DNA from: a virus
DNA: 64,000 nt
Virus record (IMG/VR): IMGVR_UViG_3300031687_000007
Span: 3,826 to 67,825 of that record
Strand: one strand, 5' to 3'
Under the pieces are notes generated by a model. It saw only the letters and a program-made list of their open reading frames with translations. It was not told where the DNA came from and did no database searches. This document shows positions 11,042 to 21,579 of the stretch, piece by piece. How positions within the stretch are numbered: the stretch's first letter is position 1; the number at the start of each line of letters is the position of its first letter. Made by a program: the position numbers and the translations under genes.

Positions 11042-11065
11042 AAGGGGCATAAATTGCCCCTTTTT
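11042..11065 (+). terminator. Intrinsic terminator
   Basis: AAGGGGCA-TAAAT-TGCCCCTT followed by TTT. Confidence 0.75.
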
Positions 11066-11086
11066 CTATTGTAGGTATAAATCGAC

Positions 11087-14000
11087 ATGTCTGAGCAAGA
11101 TCTTCTTAGCACCCCACTTAATTCGCCTAACCAAGAAACTCAGCTAGCAGACGTATCATTACAACCAGCGTCAGCTGTTGTGCCTTCGGCACCAGCTGCC
11201 ACTGTACCTATGGGCATTGATCAGAGTCTATATCAAGCAGCACCGGCTACCGGTATGCAAGACTTTGGTAGAACCAAATCAGAAAGTCTATCTATATCTT
11301 CAGACAACAAAGTTGAGCGCCTAGCTAATAGTACTAACCTAAAAAACCTTATATATAGAAAGGATGATGGTACGTCTTTTGATGTATCAAGCGTCTCCTC
11401 ATCTGAGCGAGATAGTGCTGCCGTCATGTCTGTGGATCAAGCACAGAAGATGTTAGGTGCTGGTGCACGTACTATTGGATCATTCATGGACAACCAATCA
11501 GTAGAAGATTGGGGCCAGTCAGTTGTAGATCAACAGATCATAGATCTAGAAGAAGGAGGCTATGAGCCTCTATCTGGTGGTATGAGTGTTCGTGAAATGT
11601 TTAAAGAACGTGGAGCGGGTAGTGCACTAGGTCGTGTATGGGAAATGATGCAAGAGAACCTTGCTACCTCTGGTGTCTCACTAGCAGGTGGAGCTGCTGC
11701 AGCCCTTACTGCACCATTTAGTGGTACCGCTGCTATTATGGTTCTAGGTGGAACTACATTAGCATCTGGTGCTATGGGTGTGGGTGAGTCCGCTCTGGAG
11801 ATGGAAGACAAGGGTGTTGAGATAAACGATGCTAAAGCTATAGGCACAGGTATATTGATTGGCCTACTAGACCGATTCGGTGCCGGCAAGGTTATACCTA
11901 AAAACCTTCTCACCCGGATGACAGGTGATGCCATTGTTAAGCGCCTGGTTGAGAAAGGCTTTGTTGATGCAGCTAAGGGAGTTGCTAAAACTATCCTAGG
12001 CAAGGCTGCATGGGAGTCGGGTACTGAGGTAGCTCAGGAAGCACTCATCATTAATACTGCTGCCTCACAGGGAGCTGAGTACACCAAAGACGAGATAATT
12101 GATCGCTTTATTGATGTGGCATTTGTTGCTGCAGGCATGGGTGGTACTACTGCTACTGTGTCTGGCACTGTTGAATATGGTAAAGCTGTTAGTACTAAGA
12201 TAGCTAGCACTGTCAGTGACACACTTGTGGATGTCCGAGAACGTGCTGAAGTAGCTGCTGTACAAATTGAAGAGATTGATAGGAGTAATTCTCCTACCCC
12301 TGTGGAAGGTGTGCCTCTTGATCCAACTACTGCAAAGACACCTGATTCTCCTACAGTAGCTCTTATAAGATTCTCTGCTGCTAATGATTATCTAAAAATA
12401 CCAGTAGGAGAGAGAACCACTGAAAACACTCAGGCCTACATGGATGAGTACAATAAGCATTTAGAAGCGGCTCAGACTTTCATAACTGAGCAGGAAGCAT
12501 TAGGTACGCCAGTACCAAAAGCACAAAGTGATTTCGTAGGTGACTCTTTCACAGGTACAGATCAAGTAGCTGAGGAATATACTCGCCTAGTAGAAGTGGA
12601 AGGTGCTACAGATAATGATGCTCTAAAGATCGCAGTAGACCTATTAGCCTCCAAAGCAGAGGGAATGACCACTGCGGAAGACAAGAAGACATTCATAGAA
12701 GACACCCTTGGATCCATGGATCTAAGTAACGTATCAAGAAAAGGGTCTCCTACGTCCGCTGAGTTGCAAGATGTTAAGAATAAGCTTGGCATCAAGGATG
12801 GTGAAAATACTAAACTAGATACATACATAGCTCTTCGTAAGTCCGTGGAGAGTGTGTCTGACCAAGTAATGTCAGGTGAAGAGTCTGACGGTAAGTTTAA
12901 AGGTCTTAAGTGGCATATAGCACAGGTTACTGAAGCAACTAAGCGTGGTAATTCTGATGAGGCAACCAGTAAGTTAGACTTCCTTAAGAAGTGGTCAGAT
13001 TACCAAGCATTTAAGACCACTAAGTTCCAAGAGATCCAGGCATACAATGCTGAGATCCAGGCAGGTAACTCACCAACTCTTCCAACTAAGCTAGGTGGTG
13101 TTACCTACTTAGGCAAGGCAATTGACAATTTCACAATAGATTTTGAAGCATTTGGAGTTGATAAGACAACAGAAGAAGGTAAGAAGGTATGGTTCTATAA
13201 TAAGACCAAAACACCTGCCCTAATTGCTACCATGGAGACTGACAGTGCTGCCATAGCAGACGTTCATGCTCAACTGGCCTCATTATATGCCCCAACTGTA
13301 GAAGTCCCTGTAGCGGCTCCTGTGAAGCCTAAAGAACAAGCACCTGTAACTGAAGTTCCTTCAATGGAAGATCAGGTAATAATTGACCAAACTGAGTCAC
13401 AGATCAGCAAGCTAGAGGCTAAGTTAGCCAAAAAGCACTCTAAAGAGGAAGGCAAGCTGTGGAACAAGACAAAGAAGCTCATGGAAGCACGTTTGGTTAA
13501 GATGGGAGTGGTTCCTGTAGTTGAAGAGGACTTCTTAACATTCTCTGCAGAAGAGTCCGCCCAAGTTCATGAGGATATTGCAGAAGATGCTGCACAAAGA
13601 AAGGTAGATAATCCAACCTTGGATCCAGAGCTAGCTTACAACACGCAGACCGGTTTATTTGAAGAAGCTACAGATGTACCTACCAACATGGTGGTTACTA
13701 ATGACAGCCCAGACTCTTCTATTAAACTTAGTGATTTCTTTGAGAATACAGGAAATGGTAGTACCACTGATGTACAGGGAGCTGTTACCCCTGACATAGC
13801 TGAGGACTCCCTAATAGGTAAGAGTTACTTGAAGACTGTTAGAAACTTCTTCAAGAATTATCCTAAGATTACCCACATTCTTAAATTAGATGACCGTCAG
13901 ACTAAAGTATTAGGAAGTGTTCGTGATCTATTACGAATCATGTATAAAAACATGCCTGATGCTATTGAGAGTTTGCGTGGCAATGACTACGCCTATTCTG

Positions 14001-17000
14001 TTAACGCTGTTGGTGCAGACAAGAAGCAGACATGGAAAGTACTACAGTTCCCAATGCTTCTATTAGCTAAAGGTGCCAAAGAGAGGGCTAACTCTGCTAA
14101 AGGACATAAGGGTACTATAAAAGCGTTGTTCGATACTAATGTACTGAACATAATCAATATTACTGGCCTTAACTGGGTCACTACTATGGGTCAGAGCACT
14201 TTATACAATACTTCTGAGGACATTCACAAGATTGCCTCTAGTGAAGGTACTGCTCGCAAGATGAGTGATGAGACCACACAAAAACTACACATAGCAGGTA
14301 CCTTATACGGTAACGTAGTAGAACAGTTGGGTAAGGCAGTGTTTAACCAGTTAGGAATCAAGGTTAAGCAAGATGCACTGGCAATACATGGAGATCGTAT
14401 GATTACGTCTCTAGGTATGGCAGCGGTAGAGTCGCTTATCGCCTCTGGTATGCTTGTTAAGACTCAAATACCAACTAAAGACATATACACACTTCAATCC
14501 GGTGACTCTCAGGTTACATTTATACGCATAGCTACTGAGAAGACAGACAGCAATCTTGTTTTGGGTCAACCAACTCCCCTAGTACAATCAGTTCTTGACC
14601 TTACTAGTGCTAAAAACGCTAGTGCATACACTACTCTGATTCAGAAGATATCAGGTACTGAGCCTAGAGCTAAGTTCCCTAGATTTGGCAATGATATTAA
14701 GAAGCTTAAGGCAGGTGCTACTTATAATAAGACATCACGTCCATTACCTAAGAAGGTAATTAGTGACGTAAATAGGATGAATAAGGTCGATTGGAGATTT
14801 AAACCAGACATGCTATACCTTCTTCAACCTGAGAATAGAGAAGAAGCTACTGAGTTCTTTAAGCAACTTCAGGGATTTGAGTATGCTATTGAAGATCGTC
14901 CTCTATACCTTCAGATGGGTGATGTAGGTCGCAATCTGGGTATTGTTAATGAAATTCAAGGTGTGTTCGACTTCTATGACATGTATGTTGCAGAAGGAAG
15001 TAATGGGCCCTTTCACTTTTCATACAACACAGGTGAGAATGGTCGTCACAACGTCAATGAGAGTGCCTTCAGTTACCAAGGCAGTAAGCTAGTTCGCCAT
15101 CTAATATTCGCTGATAAGTATGCTACAGGATCTAAAGATGGCTTTAGTGTAGAGGTTACAGCTGGACAAGGTGGTGACCACTTCCAGATGTTCCAATATG
15201 CAGTAGTTCAGGCATTAAGTAAGTCAGTAAAAATTGATCATGGTAAACATGACGAGATTGTTACTGAGTTCTATCGCATAGCTAATGATATGGACACACG
15301 AGAGAATGCAGCAGCTGTGTTTGCCGATGGCTATGGATCCTCTGTGACTGAGTATCTACAAGATAATGGCCTAGGCGCCCATGGTTTGGACGGCTTACAG
15401 GCATTAGGAAGCTACCTAAATACCAGTCCAATCCTGGATCAATCTAAAGATACTGCAGATAGTCGAGATAACTCTAAGACGTTCACTACCGACCTAGCTA
15501 TCGAGACTGACGCTATTACGAGTGGATTTATGCTTACCCTAATGAACTTCGGTGCGCTAGGTGATAAGAATATTAGTATGCTCTCTACTGGTGGTATTTT
15601 CTTAGCTGATAAAGAGACAGGTGAGTTCCACGAAAGTATTCCTAAATTCAGGGAGAAGACTGGTAACACTAAAGACGTGTACACCATGCTTATTGATCCA
15701 TGGAAATTAGCTGTAGATAAGTTGGTCGGTAAGCATAAAAGACTTTCTCCTATACTAGAATTAGTAGAAATGGATCGTAACACTGCTAAACCAATCATCA
15801 TGCAGGGTAGCTACATGGCTCAATATAAGAGTCTTGTTAATAACTTTATAAATGGCACTTCCGATGGGCAACTGGGTAAGCTATATGAGCGTATTCATGC
15901 TGCAGATAACGCAGGTAAAGTTAAAATATTCACTAACTTACTGGATTTGAAGACCCCTGGAATACAGAAAAGTAATCCTACATTATTTAAGACCCGTTTA
16001 GATTCATTAATGGGTCTGAAGCTTAATGAGAGCCTATTGCCATACCCCTTAGTTACTAAGTACGAGGAGGTCTTAAGCAAAGTATATGGTGAGACTCTTA
16101 CAGACACACTCGACAACATACTAACTATGCGTGACACGGCACAATCTGTTAACAAGATGGTCAACATGATGTCTTGGTACTACAGATGGCAAGTTAAGAA
16201 GGCAATAGATGCTGCTGGTGGCTACGCCAGTCTTACTCCTGCTAAGTTAACTAAGATCTATGAAGATCCTGCCTTAACAGCCCTACGCCCTTATCTGCCC
16301 ACACCTGACTCTGTGTTAAAGGAAGAGGGACTTGCAGCACTAGCCAATGAAACAGTACGTGATCATACGTCCACTGATAATGTTGTTAAAATTAGTGGTC
16401 TTACCAACAATGAGGATGGACGTAAGTCTGCATACACACGCTCAGTGGAGAAGCGCACAGCTAATGAAGCAGCCAGATCCATAGTAGTAACTGTTCAAAG
16501 TATTGATGATACTATAGTTCGTGCTGTCATGAGCAAGTACAACGCTATGTCTGCGTTTGACGCTGTGTACACGAGTATTGGTCAATCTGTTGGCGCCTCA
16601 CGTACGTACAACCAAAACGTTGCCTCAACTAGTGAAGGCTTCTCTATATTCGAGAACACATACAATAACTTCATGGAAGTTATGGCTCACACACAAGGTA
16701 GTGATAGATCTAACCTAGATGGCTTCATAAACTTCATGTCTGAAGATACTGAGGGCTTTAATTCTAAGAACTTCTCTGTAAGTACATTCTTACCTGAGAT
16801 GTCCGGTGTTAATATCAGAGAGTCTGATTCAATGGAGTTCTTGCGTGACAGTATAACTGACACAATAGCTGGCATGACGGAACAGAATGATGAAGTAGCT
16901 TCTAACCGTAAGGAGTTCTTTGAACGCTTACGTGTAGTGGATCACATGGGCATGCCTGGTACAGCCTTCAAAGTGAAACCCGGCGAAGATAGCCTTGGAT

Positions 17001-20000
17001 CAATTACCCCTGTTAATGATGATGAGTTCAGCTACACTAAAGCAGGTGATTTGATTGCCGGCAATGTAGAGAAGATATTTGATGGTATTAAAGATAATCG
17101 TACTAACTCTCCTGAGCATGTAGCAAAGCTTCGTGATGTACTTAATCGTATCGTATCTAAAGTAATTAAGACTACTGACAAGTACGAGCTACACATGCAG
17201 TCTAAAGGTGAGACCTCATATGGCCGTCAGAGAGACGGTAAGGTCTTCTTGAACATTGGTAAGGGATTAGCCTTAAACCTTGTTACACCGTCTGCACAAG
17301 AGTCCTATGTACATGAACTTGTACACGTCATTACTCGTGCTGCTTTAAGTGACCCAAAGGCTAACGCTATCGTACGTAAGCTTAGTGCCACTATGAGAGA
17401 TACTGTTACTCATCTAGAAGAGAAGTACAACGGTAAGCCTTGGAGAGTGTTTCTACAACGCGATGCTAAAGGTAACCCTGTGTATTCAGTCAATGTTAAG
17501 GAAGAGATCAAGGCTGCTAAAGCAGCTTATGACTATGTTTTTAACAATGCTCAGATGATAGAGACTCAATACATAGATACTGACTCAGGTAAGAAAGGTA
17601 CCACCAAGATTCGTGCAGGATTGCATGAGTTCCTAGCATACGCATTGACCAACGAGCACCTAAACAGCGCTCTAGTGGGCATGAAAGTATCTAAGTATCA
17701 AGAAGTTGGTTCTCAGGATACTATCTTCCAGAAACTATTAGCTATCTTAGAGAATGTTATGGCCTGGGCTAAAGGTCTTATAGAGAAAGCTCAGAAGGCA
17801 ACCCCAGCTGGTAACAATGCTGAACTTATTGAGCAGATGGTAGAAGAGCTTACTCATGTAAATGATAAGTTTAGATTCCGTACTCAGAAAGCAGTTGTTG
17901 CGATGACTGCAGCTAACAAAAAGGTAGTTGATGCTATAACTGAGAAGATGCTTAAGCCATTAGCAGAGAAGACTCTTTCTGCTAGAGATCATGCGATATT
18001 GGAGCGTAAGTTAGGTAAGGCATACGCATTACTATTTGTAGGATATATCAACCCAGTATCTCGTATAGAAAGTCGAACCAAGATGGACATAGTTCGTAAG
18101 TCTATGCAGGCATCCAAACGTAACTTTATAACTGAGCTGTATCGTGAGATCACAGGTAATGTGACACCTCATCAACGTATCCTTGAAAAGATGTTAATGG
18201 ATGCAAAGAAGAATTTAGAGTCACAACGCGATGATGCTATAAGTGCTATTGCCATTAACATATCACGTGGATATATTGAAGGAGCTGGTGCACTGTCTAC
18301 GTTTGAAGATGAGTCACACACAAGAGTGTTGATAGAGACTAATATTTCTTCTCTTATTAAAGATTGGACTAAAGTTAATATTCCTGCACTTGCTAGTATC
18401 ATCTCAGACGATGCTACCAGAGCTAAGGCTATTGTTGATGTACGTAAAAAGCTTAATGCATATGGCAGATTAGGTGATTACTACATCGGTATGGCTAACA
18501 GCCTTGGATCAATCATGGCAACACAAAAGGCCACAGTAGATGGTTCCTTGATGAACGCTGCTCTGATAGCCCGTGCTGACGACCTAAAAGGTGTTCCTGG
18601 TATTAGAATGCCTGAGGTAATGAAAGATGCTGAAGCCCTCATAAATGAATTAGCTACCCTTACAGCCCTTGAATATAACACCCAAGATGCTAGACAGGCT
18701 GTGGCTAATGTTATGCTACGAGAGCATGCGAATAATTCAGAAAGGAATGCTGCAATCAACACATTGACTCAGATTGATGAGTTCAATAAGCAGTCTTTGG
18801 CTCGTAACTTTGATGGTAATAATATTCAGCAGTCTGCAGGCTACTCTAAAGATATCTACAATCCGGATATTAGTATCAGAGTGGATACTGTAGAGATGGA
18901 GGCCGAATATAAGAAGCAAGGTTATGTTATGGATCCAGGTATTATACCTACTGATCCTGCCGATACAGACTCTCCTGCTACCATGAGAATGTACGTTAAT
19001 AAGTCAGGTGGGCATGGTATTAGACAAAAGTTCATCATGTCTGTTACTAACACCAACATGTCAGGACAGAGTATAACCAAGAGAGCTAGTGAGAGTGGGG
19101 ATAAGGCTGCCTTTGCAAAAGCTAAGAGATTGGTAAGAAATGTACGTGCACAGAATAAGCTTGAAGCATTGAAGCTACTAGGTAATCCTGATTATGTGAG
19201 CAGTAAGCCTAACATCATGATCCCTGTAACTGATCAGCTTGGTAAGGTAATGGACTTCCGCTATACAATGGAGAAGTCTAAGAGAGCCCGTGTATTTGAA
19301 CAGAAAGCTGGTATGACAGCTGTATTGAGCCATATGTATGGTGGTATCGTAGATAAAGAAGAGACTCCTCGTATTAATAACAAGGTAATTGAAGAGCTGC
19401 ACCTACAGTATCGTGAAAAAGGTATGAAAGGTAACAGAGACTTCGTAGAGGTGTCTTTAAACGCTAAGACTGAAGAGCTTAGAGAACTTTATATGATACT
19501 TCCAGACAGCACCAAGAGGTTCATAAAGTCACACACCGGTTCTGATAAAGTTATGATCCAGGCTGAGTTTATAGACATAGTATTTGGTCGCAAAAAGGTA
19601 CAGTTACCTGGAGGCGACAAGATGCAAGTAGCCACTAATGCATGGACACAGATGATTGCTGCAGCCAAGAAGAACATTGTAATAAAGTGGCCTGCAACTT
19701 TATCTATGAACGTATTGTCTAACACTATGTTAGGTATTCTTTCTGGAGTACCACCTGAGTATATGGTTAAGATGCAGGCAGAAGGTGCCATTAAGCTTAA
19801 TAACTATGTGGAAGATGGTAAGCAGCTTAGAGATCTTAACCTTCAGTTAATGACTGCTAAGAAGACTGGTAAAAGTACTAAGAAAATATTGGCTGATATA
19901 TCTACGGTTGAGAGTAGTATAAATACATCACCAATATTGCCTCTTATTAAAGCAGGTGTATTCCAAACTATCGTGGAAGACATTGATGTACTGAACAATC

Positions 20001-20560
20001 CTTATTCGTATGCTTCTAAGATAAGTGAGTTCTTTGATGGTATTCAAGGTAAGGGAGGTAAGGTAGGTGGGTCTGTCGCAGGTGCACGTCAAGCTTATCG
20101 TTATGCTTACATGAGTGATGACACTGCAGTATTTAAGGCCTTAATGAAGACCACGCAGTTTAGTGACTTTGCTGGTAGGTATGCAATCTACCAATACATG
20201 ACTGTGCATGAGAGTGTGGAAGAAAGTGCTGCATTGGAACATGTTATGGATGGTTTCGTTAACTACGAAACACCTACTAACAAGTACATCCAGTTTGCCA
20301 ACGACTATGGCTTACAGATGTTTACTAAGTACGGTTTCAGAATACTACGTGCTATCTCTGCTTTGCTCCATGGCAAACCGTTGAACGCTATAGGCTTCTT
20401 AGTACTTAATGATGTACTTGCTGCAGGTCTAGCATCACCATTTGATGCCACTCCTTTTGATAACTATGCTAGTCCAGTGACTAACATAATATCTGCAACT
20501 ACACAGAGTGGTACTAAGGCAGCAATGGACACTGCCTCACTACTGGGTGTGATTGACTAG
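11087..20560 (+). CDS. Virion-encapsidated RNA polymerase (N4 gp50-like vRNAP)
   Basis: 3157 aa with T7-family motifs: A (ETDAITSG), B (RNTAKPIIMQGSY) and C (AFDAV), plus NGR motif and HELVH zincin-like motif. No Cys seen. Last gene of the late block. Confidence 0.95.
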   Translation: MSEQDLLSTPLNSPNQETQLADVSLQPASAVVPSAPAATVPMGIDQSLYQAAPATGMQDFGRTKSESLSISSDNKVERLANSTNLKNLIYRKDDGTSFDVSSVSSSERDSAAVMSVDQAQKMLGAGARTIGSFMDNQSVEDWGQSVVDQQIIDLEEGGYEPLSGGMSVREMFKERGAGSALGRVWEMMQENLATSGVSLAGGAAAALTAPFSGTAAIMVLGGTTLASGAMGVGESALEMEDKGVEINDAKAIGTGILIGLLDRFGAGKVIPKNLLTRMTGDAIVKRLVEKGFVDAAKGVAKTILGKAAWESGTEVAQEALIINTAASQGAEYTKDEIIDRFIDVAFVAAGMGGTTATVSGTVEYGKAVSTKIASTVSDTLVDVRERAEVAAVQIEEIDRSNSPTPVEGVPLDPTTAKTPDSPTVALIRFSAANDYLKIPVGERTTENTQAYMDEYNKHLEAAQTFITEQEALGTPVPKAQSDFVGDSFTGTDQVAEEYTRLVEVEGATDNDALKIAVDLLASKAEGMTTAEDKKTFIEDTLGSMDLSNVSRKGSPTSAELQDVKNKLGIKDGENTKLDTYIALRKSVESVSDQVMSGEESDGKFKGLKWHIAQVTEATKRGNSDEATSKLDFLKKWSDYQAFKTTKFQEIQAYNAEIQAGNSPTLPTKLGGVTYLGKAIDNFTIDFEAFGVDKTTEEGKKVWFYNKTKTPALIATMETDSAAIADVHAQLASLYAPTVEVPVAAPVKPKEQAPVTEVPSMEDQVIIDQTESQISKLEAKLAKKHSKEEGKLWNKTKKLMEARLVKMGVVPVVEEDFLTFSAEESAQVHEDIAEDAAQRKVDNPTLDPELAYNTQTGLFEEATDVPTNMVVTNDSPDSSIKLSDFFENTGNGSTTDVQGAVTPDIAEDSLIGKSYLKTVRNFFKNYPKITHILKLDDRQTKVLGSVRDLLRIMYKNMPDAIESLRGNDYAYSVNAVGADKKQTWKVLQFPMLLLAKGAKERANSAKGHKGTIKALFDTNVLNIINITGLNWVTTMGQSTLYNTSEDIHKIASSEGTARKMSDETTQKLHIAGTLYGNVVEQLGKAVFNQLGIKVKQDALAIHGDRMITSLGMAAVESLIASGMLVKTQIPTKDIYTLQSGDSQVTFIRIATEKTDSNLVLGQPTPLVQSVLDLTSAKNASAYTTLIQKISGTEPRAKFPRFGNDIKKLKAGATYNKTSRPLPKKVISDVNRMNKVDWRFKPDMLYLLQPENREEATEFFKQLQGFEYAIEDRPLYLQMGDVGRNLGIVNEIQGVFDFYDMYVAEGSNGPFHFSYNTGENGRHNVNESAFSYQGSKLVRHLIFADKYATGSKDGFSVEVTAGQGGDHFQMFQYAVVQALSKSVKIDHGKHDEIVTEFYRIANDMDTRENAAAVFADGYGSSVTEYLQDNGLGAHGLDGLQALGSYLNTSPILDQSKDTADSRDNSKTFTTDLAIETDAITSGFMLTLMNFGALGDKNISMLSTGGIFLADKETGEFHESIPKFREKTGNTKDVYTMLIDPWKLAVDKLVGKHKRLSPILELVEMDRNTAKPIIMQGSYMAQYKSLVNNFINGTSDGQLGKLYERIHAADNAGKVKIFTNLLDLKTPGIQKSNPTLFKTRLDSLMGLKLNESLLPYPLVTKYEEVLSKVYGETLTDTLDNILTMRDTAQSVNKMVNMMSWYYRWQVKKAIDAAGGYASLTPAKLTKIYEDPALTALRPYLPTPDSVLKEEGLAALANETVRDHTSTDNVVKISGLTNNEDGRKSAYTRSVEKRTANEAARSIVVTVQSIDDTIVRAVMSKYNAMSAFDAVYTSIGQSVGASRTYNQNVASTSEGFSIFENTYNNFMEVMAHTQGSDRSNLDGFINFMSEDTEGFNSKNFSVSTFLPEMSGVNIRESDSMEFLRDSITDTIAGMTEQNDEVASNRKEFFERLRVVDHMGMPGTAFKVKPGEDSLGSITPVNDDEFSYTKAGDLIAGNVEKIFDGIKDNRTNSPEHVAKLRDVLNRIVSKVIKTTDKYELHMQSKGETSYGRQRDGKVFLNIGKGLALNLVTPSAQESYVHELVHVITRAALSDPKANAIVRKLSATMRDTVTHLEEKYNGKPWRVFLQRDAKGNPVYSVNVKEEIKAAKAAYDYVFNNAQMIETQYIDTDSGKKGTTKIRAGLHEFLAYALTNEHLNSALVGMKVSKYQEVGSQDTIFQKLLAILENVMAWAKGLIEKAQKATPAGNNAELIEQMVEELTHVNDKFRFRTQKAVVAMTAANKKVVDAITEKMLKPLAEKTLSARDHAILERKLGKAYALLFVGYINPVSRIESRTKMDIVRKSMQASKRNFITELYREITGNVTPHQRILEKMLMDAKKNLESQRDDAISAIAINISRGYIEGAGALSTFEDESHTRVLIETNISSLIKDWTKVNIPALASIISDDATRAKAIVDVRKKLNAYGRLGDYYIGMANSLGSIMATQKATVDGSLMNAALIARADDLKGVPGIRMPEVMKDAEALINELATLTALEYNTQDARQAVANVMLREHANNSERNAAINTLTQIDEFNKQSLARNFDGNNIQQSAGYSKDIYNPDISIRVDTVEMEAEYKKQGYVMDPGIIPTDPADTDSPATMRMYVNKSGGHGIRQKFIMSVTNTNMSGQSITKRASESGDKAAFAKAKRLVRNVRAQNKLEALKLLGNPDYVSSKPNIMIPVTDQLGKVMDFRYTMEKSKRARVFEQKAGMTAVLSHMYGGIVDKEETPRINNKVIEELHLQYREKGMKGNRDFVEVSLNAKTEELRELYMILPDSTKRFIKSHTGSDKVMIQAEFIDIVFGRKKVQLPGGDKMQVATNAWTQMIAAAKKNIVIKWPATLSMNVLSNTMLGILSGVPPEYMVKMQAEGAIKLNNYVEDGKQLRDLNLQLMTAKKTGKSTKKILADISTVESSINTSPILPLIKAGVFQTIVEDIDVLNNPYSYASKISEFFDGIQGKGGKVGGSVAGARQAYRYAYMSDDTAVFKALMKTTQFSDFAGRYAIYQYMTVHESVEESAALEHVMDGFVNYETPTNKYIQFANDYGLQMFTKYGFRILRAISALLHGKPLNAIGFLVLNDVLAAGLASPFDATPFDNYASPVTNIISATTQSGTKAAMDTASLLGVID

Positions 20561-20718
20561 TCATCAGACTCTTCATTAACTGCTGTAGATATGATCCATG
20601 AGATCATACCTACAACTGCTACCAGCCCTAGTCCTAAGACTATGGGCAGGAACAGTATTGCAATAAATAACAAGAGAGCTAACCCAAATATCTTGAGCCT
20701 TCTCATGAACCACTTCAA
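20557..20718 (-). CDS. Small membrane protein (not in the ORF track)
   Basis: TTG start overlaps the upstream TGA (alternative ATG at 20706). Sequence MKWFMRRLKIFGLALLLFIAILFLPIVLGLGLVAVVGMISWIISTAVNEESDD. Its stop overlaps the vRNAP stop (CTAG). Confidence 0.65.
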   Translation of the reverse strand: MKWFMRRLKIFGLALLLFIAILFLPIVLGLGLVAVVGMISWIISTAVNEESDD

Positions 20719-21191
20719 GAGAATAGGCTCTTGAACTTCTGACCAGCACTTTGAGGTTTTGGATCAGTAGAACTAGATGGCACACCAAACTTCTGGTTCA
20801 GTCCTTCTACTACTGCCTCTACTTCAAAGTTCATCTCAATCTGTTCTTCAGTATGAAGTTCAGTTGTTTCGATAACACCACCCCATGGAGTAGTAGCCGG
20901 CTCAACAACAGCCTCACCACCCATAATCCCATCCAACTCTTTAACAAGGGAGTTTACTTCCTCGTTTGCAGCATTGAATGTTGATGGTTTAATGATATCT
21001 TCTTCAATAGGGGCTATGAAGGCATCAGTGATGGTTAGTTCAACGGTACCATTATTTGGTATATCGTTGCCTTTGACCTTTCTGCCACCTTTCACGTGGA
21101 TATCTAAGAGACGCTCTCTGATATACCCCCGTCTAATATAATACTCCCGAATCGCTTCTTGAACGTCTTCGGTCTTCATCTTAATGTCCAT
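20715..21191 (-). CDS. Hypothetical protein
   Basis: 158-aa ORF coupled to the RusA stop; acidic C-terminal half ending in KSLFS. Confidence 0.7.
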   Translation of the reverse strand: MDIKMKTEDVQEAIREYYIRRGYIRERLLDIHVKGGRKVKGNDIPNNGTVELTITDAFIAPIEEDIIKPSTFNAANEEVNSLVKELDGIMGGEAVVEPATTPWGGVIETTELHTEEQIEMNFEVEAVVEGLNQKFGVPSSSTDPKPQSAGQKFKSLFS

Positions 21192-21577
21192 TAGACCTCC
21201 GTAACGGTAATAATAACCCTTGGATCATCCTTGTCCTTATGTCCAAATACAAATGTAGTACGGACTATATGTGTGTAGTCGTCATCAGGTATGCAATTAA
21301 GCTCTACAAGAGCATCCTCGAAATACTTCTGATGTACTGACCCTACATTACCTAAGTCCGTCCTACGGGCTGTTTTGGGCATTAGACAATACTCAATCTC
21401 TATCGGACACTTAAACTTAACACCAGTAAGTTGGGTAAGCATCTCATCTTTATAGATGATCTTTGCTTTGTTAAGCGTCTGATAGTGAGTGTTACGGTAA
21501 TTGTTCAGGTTAAGAATAAACTTCCTACCCTTCTTATTTACAATAACACTCAGTGGTGAGTCGAATGCCTTATGCAT
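21191..21577 (-). CDS. RusA-like Holliday junction resolvase
   Basis: LNLNNYRN, RRTDLGN...KYFEDALV..CIPDD motifs. Confidence 0.8.
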   Translation of the reverse strand: MHKAFDSPLSVIVNKKGRKFILNLNNYRNTHYQTLNKAKIIYKDEMLTQLTGVKFKCPIEIEYCLMPKTARRTDLGNVGSVHQKYFEDALVELNCIPDDDYTHIVRTTFVFGHKDKDDPRVIITVTEV

Positions 21578-21579
21578 TA

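Noticed and set aside
647-19791. Many - strand ORFs inside the late block, and + strand ORFs inside the - block
   Set aside because: Antisense shadows of long genes with no RBS or recognisable motifs.
20576-20788. Track ORF of 70 aa
   Set aside because: The overlapping frame 20557-20718 gives a coherent membrane protein with start/stop coupling.
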